Assembly: GCA_947501605.1 (NCBI GenBank)
Contig: CANMWZ010000004.1
Coordinates: 96,001-160,000, forward strand
Length of the DNA stretch: 64,000 nt
Direction of reading: 5' to 3'
DNA from: Planctomycetota bacterium
GTDB taxonomy: Bacteria > Planctomycetota > UBA1135 > UBA2386
Made by a program: the position numbers and the translations under genes. Below are positions 1-8,958 of the stretch, piece after piece. A model generated the notes under the pieces. It had not been told where the DNA came from and did not search any database. It saw nothing but the letters and a program-made list of their open reading frames with translations. Numbering within the stretch: the first letter of the stretch is position 1; every line of letters begins with the position of its first letter.

Positions 1-2
1 AC

Positions 3-521
3 CTCGGGGATCCATCGTACGACTGGACCAAGGAACGAGTCGAGGCCTTGGTCGCACGGCGCAAGGTCAGCCTGCCGCCGGCGCTCGATCGAGTCTGCCG
101 TGCTGTTTTCGAGCTGGCTCGGGCGAACCCGGACTTCACCTTCTGCTTGACGCAGAGCCGCAGCGTGCTGGCGGTCGCAAGTGTCGAGGCGCTGCAGATG
201 GTGTTCGAGGATCTCGGCGGCGTGCGCCTTGGTTACTGGCACGACGCGGCGATCGCGGCGCGCCGGGAACAGGTTCTTGGCGAGCCACAAGGTGCCTGGC
301 TCGAGGCCTTCGCGGATCGCTGTGTCGGCTGCAGCCTCGGCGATGCGCGGCAAGAGGGTCTCTACCTGCCGCCAGGTTCCGGCGCTGTCGATTATCCTCT
401 GCTTGCGTCCTATCTGAAGCCGGCCGGCAGAAGTGCAGTTGCTTGCCTGGAGCTCGATCCATCGGTGGCATCGGGCGAGTTGCCAGGGATGCGCGCCTGC
501 CTCGACAAGTTCGGCCTGTAG
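3..521 (+). CDS. Sugar phosphate isomerase/epimerase (TIM barrel) family protein, 5'-partial
   Basis: Frame is open from the window edge; GYWHD, LGD...LPPGSGAVDY and CLEL segments resemble the xylose-isomerase-like TIM barrel C-terminus. Confidence 0.6.
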   Translation, partial: LGDPSYDWTKERVEALVARRKVSLPPALDRVCRAVFELARANPDFTFCLTQSRSVLAVASVEALQMVFEDLGGVRLGYWHDAAIAARREQVLGEPQGAWLEAFADRCVGCSLGDARQEGLYLPPGSGAVDYPLLASYLKPAGRSAVACLELDPSVASGELPGMRACLDKFGL

Positions 522-555
522 GATTGCCCCTCCGTTGGTCGATCCCACAACACCC

Positions 556-1620
556 ATGACTCCGCAAGCTGCAGAACACCGGGCCACGCAACTCCCCGGC
601 CGCACCGAGGCCCTGCTCGCGTTGCTGCGCGGCAAGAAGCGGATGCTCGTGCTGACGCACAACAACCCCGACCCTGACTCTCTTGGCAGCAGTCTAGGGC
701 TGCGCTATTTCGCGAACCTCGCCTGCCAAGTCGAGAGCGATTTCGCCCTGAGCGGCCGGATCTTGCGCGCGGAGAATCAGGAGATGGTGGCGCAGCTCGG
801 GATCGTTATGACGCCACTCGAACGGATTCGACCGGGTGACTACGACTGCGTCGCGTTGGTCGATACCCAGCCGGGCTTCGGCCACACGATCGTGCCGCCA
901 GGCTGCTCCGTCGACATCGTGATCGATCACCACCTTGGCGACGACCCGACCAAGATCGGCAACGAGCCGTTCCGCGACGTGCGCTGCGATGTCGGCGCCA
1001 CGAGTTCCTTGGTCTCGACCTACTTCCGCGAGGCCGGTTTCGTGCCGAGCTGCGAAGTGGCAACCGCGCTGGCCTACGGCATCAAGACTGACACCGCGGA
1101 CTTGTCGCGCAACGTCAGCGAACTCGACCTCCGCGCCTACGATTTCTTGTTCCCCTACGTCGATCGCCAGAAGCTCGTCGCGATCACGCGCCCGCAGTTG
1201 CCCGCGGCCTACTTCCAGACCCTGAAGGAAGCCCTGCACAAGGTGCGCCGCTACCAGCACGTCGCATTGTGCTCGCTGGGCCAGATCGGCAGCGTCGAGA
1301 TGGTCGCCGAGGTAGCGGACCTCTTGCTGCGCATGGAGGGCATCCGAGCGGTGTTCTGCGGTGGCCTTGTCGACTGCAGCTACTACGTCTCGGTCCGCAC
1401 AGAAATGAATGGTGACGCGTGGAAGCTGATCGCTGACGCGATGAAGGGCGAGAAGGGCACGTTTGGCGGCCATGGGTCGGTCGCCGGCGGCTCGATCCTG
1501 TTGCCCTGTGGCGACACCCGTACCCTGCGCCGTTTGGAGCGCCGCCTCGAACGCAACATCCTGCGGAGCGTCGGGGTCGAGGGTGCGAACGCGACGGGCC
1601 TCGGCGACATCGACGAGTGA
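556..1620 (+). CDS. DHH/DHHA1 family phosphoesterase (NrnA-like)
   Basis: HNNPDPDS, VDTQP, IDHH, GIKTDT and GGH motifs; ATG at 556. Confidence 0.9.
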   Translation: MTPQAAEHRATQLPGRTEALLALLRGKKRMLVLTHNNPDPDSLGSSLGLRYFANLACQVESDFALSGRILRAENQEMVAQLGIVMTPLERIRPGDYDCVALVDTQPGFGHTIVPPGCSVDIVIDHHLGDDPTKIGNEPFRDVRCDVGATSSLVSTYFREAGFVPSCEVATALAYGIKTDTADLSRNVSELDLRAYDFLFPYVDRQKLVAITRPQLPAAYFQTLKEALHKVRRYQHVALCSLGQIGSVEMVAEVADLLLRMEGIRAVFCGGLVDCSYYVSVRTEMNGDAWKLIADAMKGEKGTFGGHGSVAGGSILLPCGDTRTLRRLERRLERNILRSVGVEGANATGLGDIDE

Positions 1621-1658
1621 GTTTGCACTGCCGAAGGTTCGCGTAAGCTCTTCGCCCT

Positions 1659-2444
1659 GTGACTCCTCGCGTCGTCGTGATCGGCGGACTCGATCCGTGC
1701 GGCGGAGCCGGCATCTCGGCTGATGCGCGCACACTGCTCGCGCACGGATGCGAGGCGCTGCCGGTGGCTGCCGTCATTGCGGTCCAGAACCGCTTCGGGA
1801 TGCAGCGCGTCGAGGTGCTCGAGGAAGCTCTGGTGCTCGCCCAACTGCGCGCCGCGCTCGATGATGGTGGCATCGCGGCGGTGAAGACTGGCTTGCTAGG
1901 CTCGGCCTCCATGGTGCGCGCTGTGGCCCAATGGCTGCAGCGGTTTGCACCACCGGTCCCGGTGGTCGTCGATCCAGTGCTGTCCGCCACCGCGGGTGGC
2001 TATGCGTGCGCCGCCCAGGTTGCAGAGGCCTATCGCGAAACGCTGGCGCCACTCGCCGCGATGTTCACGCCCAACGAGCCCGAGCTCGTTGCCGTGCTCG
2101 CGGGCTCGCCGGTGCTCGCGCTGTTGGACGCTGGTTGCGCTGCCGTCCTGCACAAGGGTGGTCATGGGCCTGGCGACGTGCTCGTGGATCGGCTGTTGCG
2201 GTGCGGGGGTGAGCAGCAGTTTGCCCATCGGCGGATCGCAGTCGGGCCGGTGCACGGGACCGGCTGTGCGTTGGCGAGCGCGATCGCGGCACACCTGGCG
2301 CATGGGCGTCCTCTGGCGATGGCTGCCGAACGTGCAGTCGCTTGGCTGCAGCGGTGCCTTGCCACCCTGTCGCCGCTCGAGAATGCGTCGAGCGTGGGCT
2401 CGCTGCCGCGACCGCTGCCGATCCTCCACGCCGACGCGAGCTAG
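1659..2444 (+). CDS. thiD: Hydroxymethylpyrimidine/phosphomethylpyrimidine kinase
   Basis: GGLDPCGGAGISAD, AVKTGLL, VVDPV, FTPNEPE, KGGH and HGTGCALASAIA motifs. Confidence 0.9.
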   Translation: MTPRVVVIGGLDPCGGAGISADARTLLAHGCEALPVAAVIAVQNRFGMQRVEVLEEALVLAQLRAALDDGGIAAVKTGLLGSASMVRAVAQWLQRFAPPVPVVVDPVLSATAGGYACAAQVAEAYRETLAPLAAMFTPNEPELVAVLAGSPVLALLDAGCAAVLHKGGHGPGDVLVDRLLRCGGEQQFAHRRIAVGPVHGTGCALASAIAAHLAHGRPLAMAAERAVAWLQRCLATLSPLENASSVGSLPRPLPILHADAS

Positions 2445-2516
2445 TGGGGCGACGTCCAGGTTCGCAGTCCACGTTGTCACACCGGCACTCCGTGGGCGTC
2501 GTAGCCGCGGGGTGGG

Positions 2517-4307
2517 CTACGACGCGAACATCGCCGCCATGATGGCCGCGTAGCGTTCGTGGACGACATGGCGCCGGATCTTCAAAGTCGGCGTCAAGAA
2601 CCCGTTCTCGACGGTCAAGGGCTCGACCAGCACGCGGAACGCGCCGACGCGGTCGCAGGGGCGGAAGCCGTTGTCGCGCGTGATCAGACGCTCGATTTCC
2701 TTGCGCATCAGGTCCTGGATCGCTCGGCCGGTCAGGAGCCCGTGGCTCTCGTCCCAGGAGTTGCGCGGCACCCTTTGCTCGAGCACTTCCATCGATGGGA
2801 CGATCAGGGCGCCGATGCTCTTTTGGTCTTGGCCGACGCAAACGACTTGCTCGATGAGCGGCGAGGTCTTGAGCACGGTTTCAACCGGCTCCGGTTCGAC
2901 GTTCTCGCCGCTGGCCAAGACGATGGTGTCCTTGGCGCGGCCTGTGATCCACACGCGGCCTCGCGTGTCGACATGACCGAGGTCGCCGCTGTTGAACCAG
3001 CCCTTTGAGTCGAGCACTTCTGCCGTCTTCTGCGGGTTCTGGTAGTAGCCGCGCATGACTTGCGGGCCGCGGATCCACAACAAGCCCGTCTCGCCTGGCG
3101 GCATCACACGTCCCTCGGTGCTGCGTGCCACGATTTCGGTCCCTGGGAGCGGCGGGCCGATCGTGCCGGCGCAGTTCTGTTGCGGTAGACGAACCGAAGC
3201 AACGGGACTGGTCTCGGTCAGGCCATAGCCGTTCAGCAGTGGTAGACCGATGCCCAGCAGGGTCTCGTCGACGTGGCGCGGTAGCGAGCCGCCGCCACTC
3301 ACGGCGAGGCGCAGGCGGCCGCCGGTGATCGCGAGCAGTCGCTTGCGTACCGAACCGAGCGCCAGCATCTGCAGATTGCCCAGCAGGGTGGCCCGCCCAC
3401 CGCCATTCTCGCGGCACAGCGTCAAGGTGCGTCGCAGCATCTTGCCGCGCAGGCCATCCATCTTGAGCGCGTAGGCGATCAGGCTGTCATGAATCGTCTC
3501 CCAGATGCGGGGCACGGCAGCGAAGACCGTTGGGGCGACCTGCAGCAGGTCCTCCTTGATGTGGCGGCGATCGGTGTAGACCAGTTGGCCACCGGCCGCG
3601 AGCGCCAGGTAGTCCATGATGCGCTCGTACATGTGCCACGCTGGCAGCACGGACAAGAACGAGTCCTGCGCACTGATGTCGAGTACCTCGGTGATGGCCT
3701 GCACGTTCGCGAGAACGTTGCTGTGCGTCAGCATCACTCCCTTGGGGTCTGCAGTCGTTCCGCTCGTGTACACGATGGTCAGCAAGTCGTCGGGGCGGAC
3801 CGCGCGTGCCGCATTGCGCACGAGATCGGGTGTGGCTTGGAGTCGGCGCCGACCCTGTTCCATCAGGTCGTGCAGACTGGTCACTCCCGGAATCGCTGTC
3901 GCTTGAGACATCGCGATCACGTGCTGCAGACCTGGCAATTGTGCACGCTTCTGCATCACGATCTGCGCCAGTCGATCGTCGTCGGTGAACACCGCGCGCG
4001 AACCAGAGTGACGCAGGATGAACTCGATCTCGGTTGGTGTCGTGTCGCTGCCGCGCGGGACGTCGACACCGCCGAACCAAATGGTGCCGAGGTCGGCGAG
4101 CAACCACTCGTAGCGGTTGTCCGCAAGGATCCCGATCCGGTCACCGCGCTGGAGGCCAAGGTTCAACAGGCCAGCGGCTACCAGCTCCGAGTCCTGCAGC
4201 AGGCGCCGGAAGGTGACCGGCTCCACCACTCGCGCCCGGCGGCGCGGAAGGAAGACCCGCTCCCCATGGGCGCGGACATGCCGGTCCAGCAACTCTGGAA
4301 AGGTCAT
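2517..4307 (-). CDS. Long-chain fatty acid--CoA ligase (AMP-dependent synthetase)
   Basis: YTSGTTADPKGV AMP-binding motif, GYGLTETSP, GWFNSGDLG, GRAKD. Confidence 0.92.
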   Translation of the reverse strand: MTFPELLDRHVRAHGERVFLPRRRARVVEPVTFRRLLQDSELVAAGLLNLGLQRGDRIGILADNRYEWLLADLGTIWFGGVDVPRGSDTTPTEIEFILRHSGSRAVFTDDDRLAQIVMQKRAQLPGLQHVIAMSQATAIPGVTSLHDLMEQGRRRLQATPDLVRNAARAVRPDDLLTIVYTSGTTADPKGVMLTHSNVLANVQAITEVLDISAQDSFLSVLPAWHMYERIMDYLALAAGGQLVYTDRRHIKEDLLQVAPTVFAAVPRIWETIHDSLIAYALKMDGLRGKMLRRTLTLCRENGGGRATLLGNLQMLALGSVRKRLLAITGGRLRLAVSGGGSLPRHVDETLLGIGLPLLNGYGLTETSPVASVRLPQQNCAGTIGPPLPGTEIVARSTEGRVMPPGETGLLWIRGPQVMRGYYQNPQKTAEVLDSKGWFNSGDLGHVDTRGRVWITGRAKDTIVLASGENVEPEPVETVLKTSPLIEQVVCVGQDQKSIGALIVPSMEVLEQRVPRNSWDESHGLLTGRAIQDLMRKEIERLITRDNGFRPCDRVGAFRVLVEPLTVENGFLTPTLKIRRHVVHERYAAIMAAMFAS

Positions 4308-4544
4308 CGCACCGCCCGTGTTGAGGCGGGTTGGTGTGGAGGGGGGGGGGACCCCCGAATCTCGTTCGTGTGCGCTCTTGACTTCCACGGCTTAGGTTTC
4401 TACAGATGTCCGCCCTTGACCGCGGGGTCAACGGTGCGAGACCGAAAAGCGCACGGTTCCTGCGGTTCTGATCCTTGTCAGTTCGCTGCGAGTCCCCAGA
4501 TCTTCGAGATCCGTTCTTGGCGATCCGTGAGGGCTCACCTCGGT

Positions 4545-4619
4545 GCGGGTGTAGCTCAGTGGTAGAGCGTCACGTTGCCAACGTGAATGTCGAGAGTTCG
4601 AATCTCTTCACCCGCTCCA
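4545..4619 (+). tRNA. tRNA-Gly (GCC)
   Basis: GCGGGTG/CACCCGC acceptor stem, TAGCTCAGTGGTAGAGC D-arm, TCACG-TT-GCC-AA-CGTGA anticodon arm, GTTCGAATC T-loop, encoded CCA. Confidence 0.97.
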
Positions 4620-4643
4620 GTTTCTCGCCGTAGGCGAGAAACT
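4619..4643 (+). terminator. Hairpin directly after tRNA-Gly (terminator or processing signal)
   Basis: AGTTTCTCGCC-GTA-GGCGAGAAACT, perfect 11-bp inverted repeat; no clear U-tract. Confidence 0.55.
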
Positions 4644-4763
4644 GGGGGTTTCCGGCGAAAGCTAGGGCACCGACGGGGCGGCGAGGGGAGCCATCCGGCC
4701 CATACGCTTTCGCCGAGGGCGCGCTGCGCGCGCGGGACGAACGAACGCAGCCGGCGGAGGCCC

Positions 4764-4826
4764 GGCGCGGCGCTTTGCGCGCGCAGAGAGGCGGCAGAGA
4801 GGCGGAGGCGCGGCGCTTTGCGCGCG
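4764..4826. repeat. Direct repeat cluster between the two tRNAs
   Basis: GGCGCGGCGCTTTGCGCGCG at 4764-4783 and 4807-4826, enclosing tandem CAGAGAGGCGG x2 (4784-4805). Confidence 0.85.
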
Positions 4827-4970
4827 AGGAACGGCGGGGCGGGTCTGAGGTGGCGGACGAACTCGGGGGGTGGGATGGGAGTTGGCCTTTTCTGGGACTG
4901 ACTGGGTCCGCGGATCGGGCCCTTGGGTCGAGGCTCGATCCACGCTCGGGCGGTGCTAGGCTGACCGCGG

Positions 4971-5047
4971 GCGCCCGTAGCTCAGCTGGATAGAGCACCG
5001 CTTTCCTAAAGCGGGGGTCACAGGTTCGACTCCTGTCGGGCGTACCA
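4971..5047 (+). tRNA. tRNA-Arg (CCT)
   Basis: GCGCCCG/CGGGCGT acceptor stem, CCGCT-TT-CCT-AA-AGCGG anticodon arm, GTTCGACTC T-loop, CCA end; TAGGCT -10-like box at 4957-4962. Confidence 0.97.
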
Positions 5048-5122
5048 ACTTCGCTGCAGCGCGTGAGCGCGAGACGGGTGGTGCCGAGCAGTGGGGGCGT
5101 CGCGCTATGCTGCAGCGTCTCG

Positions 5123-6586
5123 ATGGTGCACCACACCCGGGTGCTGCGCGCGTGGCGAGACCGTTGCCATGCATTGGCGTCGCTCGGCGACACGAACCAG
5201 CTACGCGGTGCCGCTGCCGCCATGCGCTGCGCGCGTACGCTGCGCATCTTGCGCGAACTGGACGGGATCGCGTTCGAGAGTCTGCTCGAAGTAGGCGGTG
5301 GCGACGGCCGTCTCTCGCACCTGATCCGTTCGCTGTTCGGCGTGCGGGCCGTGTCGACGGACTTGTCGCTGGAGGCCTGCCTTCGTGCGCGCGAACGATT
5401 TGGGGTTGCGGCGGCCGCGGTGCAGGCTTCGAGCCTTCCATGCGTCGACAACGCGTTTGACGCTGTCGTCTGCAACGGGATCGAAGGCGAGCGGTATCCA
5501 GTCGAGGCGATGCTCGAACTGCAGCGCGTGGCGGCGCGCGCTGTGATCCTCGTGACCGAGGCCGTCACCGGGGATCTGACGGATCTGACTGCCGAGTTGT
5601 TCGTGCGCCCAGGTTGGCCACAGCTGCAGCGAAACCGATTCCTCGGCGTGGACTTTCTCGCGGCGTTTCCAAGGGCGCGGCTGTTGCCGATCCTGGATGT
5701 CGAAGGCGCCAAGGAACCCGAGCCCGCCCTGCTTCGCGACTGGTTGATCGCAAACACGCGCCACGTGTCCTTCGAGCAGGGTGGCTCGGGACTGGCGGTG
5801 ATCTCAGTGCGCGATGGGTTCGCACGAACTCGGAGGCTCGACGATTCGCGGCTGGTGGACTGTCTGCTCGAGAGTTCGGCGGTCCCGGTTGCTCGATCGC
5901 CACACCCTCCGTTGGCTGCCGACTTCGCGCACCTCTTGCGATCGCCGTACGGCGGCGGCTGTCTCGAACTGCGCGACGGTGTGTTCACGGATGGCGACGG
6001 CCGCGATTGGGTGGTTCGCGACGGCGTTCCCGACTTCTTCGATCCGGACGCACCTGCCTTATCGCGCGAGCGCTTCGCGCAACGCACGCAAGCGATGGCT
6101 CGGAGTCGCCGCGCTGCGCTCTTGGAGGTGCGCGATCGGCTCGATCTGCACGAACCCGTTGGTGTGGCGGACTTCGATTTCCGTCAGGTCGAGTCACGGC
6201 GCGGCTTCTGGCCCAACGAACAACTCGAACCCCGCTGTTCGTTCGATGGCATCGGCTTCAGTTGGCGGTCCACCGCAGAAGATCCGTGGCTAGCAACTCC
6301 GCGGTTGCATCGCCGGATCACGGCGATCGAACTGGAGCTGCGGGTCTTCGCCCCGGGGGTCGCATGCGAGGCTGGCGAGGGTCAGGTGTTCTGGCTCGGT
6401 TGTGGCGACTTCGAGTTCGCCGAGGAACGCAGCGTTCGGTTCTCGTTGCGCAACGACGGCGAGTTTCATGTCTATCGCGTCGTCTTGGCGGCCATCCCTG
6501 CCCTGCCAGAACTGGTCGAATGGCTGCGGCTCGACCTCGCCAATGGCCCCGCCGAGATCGATCTGCGCGCGTTGCGCTTGCGCTGA
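5123..6586 (+). CDS. Class I SAM-dependent methyltransferase domain protein with Trm112-like and C-terminal beta-rich domains
   Basis: LLEVGGGDG motif I, TDLS, LPCVDNAFDAVV; central LRSPYGGG...VRDGVPDF segment; C-terminal WLRLD. Confidence 0.7.
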   Translation: MVHHTRVLRAWRDRCHALASLGDTNQLRGAAAAMRCARTLRILRELDGIAFESLLEVGGGDGRLSHLIRSLFGVRAVSTDLSLEACLRARERFGVAAAAVQASSLPCVDNAFDAVVCNGIEGERYPVEAMLELQRVAARAVILVTEAVTGDLTDLTAELFVRPGWPQLQRNRFLGVDFLAAFPRARLLPILDVEGAKEPEPALLRDWLIANTRHVSFEQGGSGLAVISVRDGFARTRRLDDSRLVDCLLESSAVPVARSPHPPLAADFAHLLRSPYGGGCLELRDGVFTDGDGRDWVVRDGVPDFFDPDAPALSRERFAQRTQAMARSRRAALLEVRDRLDLHEPVGVADFDFRQVESRRGFWPNEQLEPRCSFDGIGFSWRSTAEDPWLATPRLHRRITAIELELRVFAPGVACEAGEGQVFWLGCGDFEFAEERSVRFSLRNDGEFHVYRVVLAAIPALPELVEWLRLDLANGPAEIDLRALRLR

Positions 6587-6651
6587 TGGAGCGAGCGTTC
6601 GCTATCGATGGCGGCCGGGGTTAGCTTCGCACGACACCCTAGAATCCACCG

Positions 6652-8511
6652 ATGACCGATCGCCACGACTGGGCGCAGCCGTTCCTCAGACTCCCCGTGT
6701 TCGCCCGCCTGACCCCGGCGGAGCAGTCGCGATTGCTCGCGCGCGTGACTGCGTGCAGCTACCGCGAGGGCGAGGTGATCTTCAGCGAGGGCGATCCGCG
6801 AGCGCGGTTGTTGTTGATCCAGCGCGGTCGCGTGCAGTTGTCGCGCGTCGATGCCTATGGCCAGCGGCGAAAGGTCGTCACGCTGGTGCGCGGTGACCTG
6901 CTCGGTGAGGGCATGTTCATCGAGGGCTCGGTGCACTCGACCACCGCCACCGTCGAGATGGCGACCGAGCTGGTCTATCTGCACCGCGACGACCTTGCTG
7001 CCTTCATCGCCGGCGACCATGTGCTCGAGAAGCGCATGCTATCGAGCTTGCTCAACGAAGTAGTAGGCCGCGTCGACCAGCTGCTGTTTCGAACGAGCGG
7101 GGTGACGCATGCGTACTCGACGGGCAAGACGCGCACCGAACACGATTTGCTCGGCGACGGACCTGTCCAGGCCGAGGCTTACTTCGGACTCCAGACCCTG
7201 CGAGCGCTGGCCAACTTCGACATCTGTGGGGTTCGGCTGAACGCCTACCCCAACCTCGTTCGCGCGCTCGCGATGGTCAAGAAGGCCTGCGCGTTTGCCA
7301 ATCGCGACAGCGGCGTGCTCGATGCCGAACGCGCAACCGCGATCGCGGCGGCGTGCGACGAACTGATCGCGGGCAAGCTGCATGACTACTTCGTCGTCGA
7401 TGTCATCCAGGGTGGCGCTGGAACTTCGACCAACATGAACGCGAACGAAGTGATCGCCAATCGCGCACTCGAGCTGCTCGGACACGAGAAGGGCGACTAC
7501 GACCGGTTGCATCCGAACAATCACGTCAACTGTTCGCAGTCGACCAACGATGTCTACCCGTGTGCATTGAAGCTGGCCATGGTGCTCAGCAGCGAGAGTC
7601 TGGTTGCGGTCGTCAACGACTTGATCGGGGCGATCGAGCGCAAAGCCCTGGAGTTCCAGAATGTCGTCAAGATGGGGCGTACGCAGTTGCAGGACGCAGT
7701 CCCGATGACCTTGGGGCAGGAGTTTGGCGCCTTTGCCGCGAGCCTGCGGCAGGAGCTCAAAGGCCTCGGCAAGACGCGCGAGGATCTGTGCGTTCTCAAC
7801 CTCGGTGGAACTGCGATCGGGACTGGCATCAACACGCCAGCGGGCTACCGCGACCGCGCCATTGCCCACCTCCGCATGGTCACCGGCTTTGACCTGTCGC
7901 TCGCACCGAACCTGATCGAAGCGACGCAGGACACGCAGGGGTTCGTGATGTTCTCGTCGTCCCTCAAGAGCCTCGCCATCAAGCTGTCGAAGATCTGCAA
8001 CGACCTTCGCCTGCTGTCGTCGGGGCCGCGCGCCGGCTTGTTCGAGATCCAGTTGCCTCCGCGTCAGCCGGGTTCGTCGATCATGCCCGGAAAGGTCAAC
8101 CCGGTGATTCCAGAAGTCGTCAACCAGGTGGCATACCGGGTGATCGGCAACGACCTCACGGTGACGCTCGCAGCAGAGGCCGGGCAACTGCAGCTCAATG
8201 TGATGGAGCCGGTGATCGCGGCGTGCATCCTCGAGTCGCTCAAGATCCTGTCGAGCGCCGTGGTCACCCTGCGCCACAACTGCATCGAGGGCATCGTCGC
8301 CAACGTCGCTCAGTGCCGCGCCTATGTGGCCAACAGCATCGGTCTGGTGACCGCACTGGTCCCAGAGATCGGCTATGAGCTATCGACGCAAGTTGCTGCC
8401 GAGGCGCTGAAGACCGGCCAGAGTGTCGCCGATGTCTTGCAGGGTCGAGGACTGTTGACCGCGCGCGTGCGCGAACTGCTCGCGCCCGAACGCATGATCG
8501 AACCGGCTTGA
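6652..8511 (+). CDS. aspA: Aspartate ammonia-lyase with N-terminal cyclic-nucleotide-binding domain
   Basis: QGGAGTSTNMNANE, SQSTND, KMGRTQLQDA and GSSIMPGKVNP signatures; N-terminal ~150 aa contains GEVIFSEGD...GDLLGE. Confidence 0.93.
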   Translation: MTDRHDWAQPFLRLPVFARLTPAEQSRLLARVTACSYREGEVIFSEGDPRARLLLIQRGRVQLSRVDAYGQRRKVVTLVRGDLLGEGMFIEGSVHSTTATVEMATELVYLHRDDLAAFIAGDHVLEKRMLSSLLNEVVGRVDQLLFRTSGVTHAYSTGKTRTEHDLLGDGPVQAEAYFGLQTLRALANFDICGVRLNAYPNLVRALAMVKKACAFANRDSGVLDAERATAIAAACDELIAGKLHDYFVVDVIQGGAGTSTNMNANEVIANRALELLGHEKGDYDRLHPNNHVNCSQSTNDVYPCALKLAMVLSSESLVAVVNDLIGAIERKALEFQNVVKMGRTQLQDAVPMTLGQEFGAFAASLRQELKGLGKTREDLCVLNLGGTAIGTGINTPAGYRDRAIAHLRMVTGFDLSLAPNLIEATQDTQGFVMFSSSLKSLAIKLSKICNDLRLLSSGPRAGLFEIQLPPRQPGSSIMPGKVNPVIPEVVNQVAYRVIGNDLTVTLAAEAGQLQLNVMEPVIAACILESLKILSSAVVTLRHNCIEGIVANVAQCRAYVANSIGLVTALVPEIGYELSTQVAAEALKTGQSVADVLQGRGLLTARVRELLAPERMIEPA

Positions 8512-8538
8512 TGCAGTTCGCAAGGACCGGGCTTCCGC

Positions 8539-8955
8539 TCAGAAGCTAGGTCGGATCAGCAGCGCCGTGACCGTCTTGCCTTGCAACAGTCGCAGGCGCT
8601 GGCCGTCGATCTCGACCGCGTCGGCCCTGCCGATCGCTTCCAGGAACGCGTGCTCCAGCGCCATCGACTCCTGCGGGCCCGCCATGCGCGTCGCCATCGC
8701 CGGGTGTGCTCGCCACTGCCCGCGCGCGAGCGCCGCGGTGTCGAGTGAGCTGCGGTAGGTGTTGACGCCGCCATTCCCGTGCACTGAGCCGTCGCGCTGG
8801 ATGGTCAACGTCGGCACGCGGCTGCCGATCGGAATCGCAGCATCGAGTTGCCAGGTGCCGAGCAGGTCGTCGAGCGTTGCTGGACGCGGCGCCGAACTCG
8901 CGCATGCCGACAGCAAGAGGGGCAAGAACAGGGCAATGAGGAAGGAGGCTCGCAT
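8539..8955 (-). CDS. META domain (HslJ-like) lipoprotein
   Basis: Lipobox LLSAC; GNGGVNTY, ATRMAG and LEHAFL motifs. Confidence 0.85.
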   Translation of the reverse strand: MRASFLIALFLPLLLSACASSAPRPATLDDLLGTWQLDAAIPIGSRVPTLTIQRDGSVHGNGGVNTYRSSLDTAALARGQWRAHPAMATRMAGPQESMALEHAFLEAIGRADAVEIDGQRLRLLQGKTVTALLIRPSF

Positions 8956-8958
8956 GGG

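Noticed and set aside
4416..4431. FNR/CRP box
   Set aside because: Spacing is TTGAC-N6-GTCAA, not TTGAT-N4-ATCAA; kept only as a generic palindrome
4545..5047. tRNA-Gly or tRNA-Arg as an island integration site
   Set aside because: No duplicated tRNA 3' end found by eye, no integrase, and downstream DNA has host-like composition
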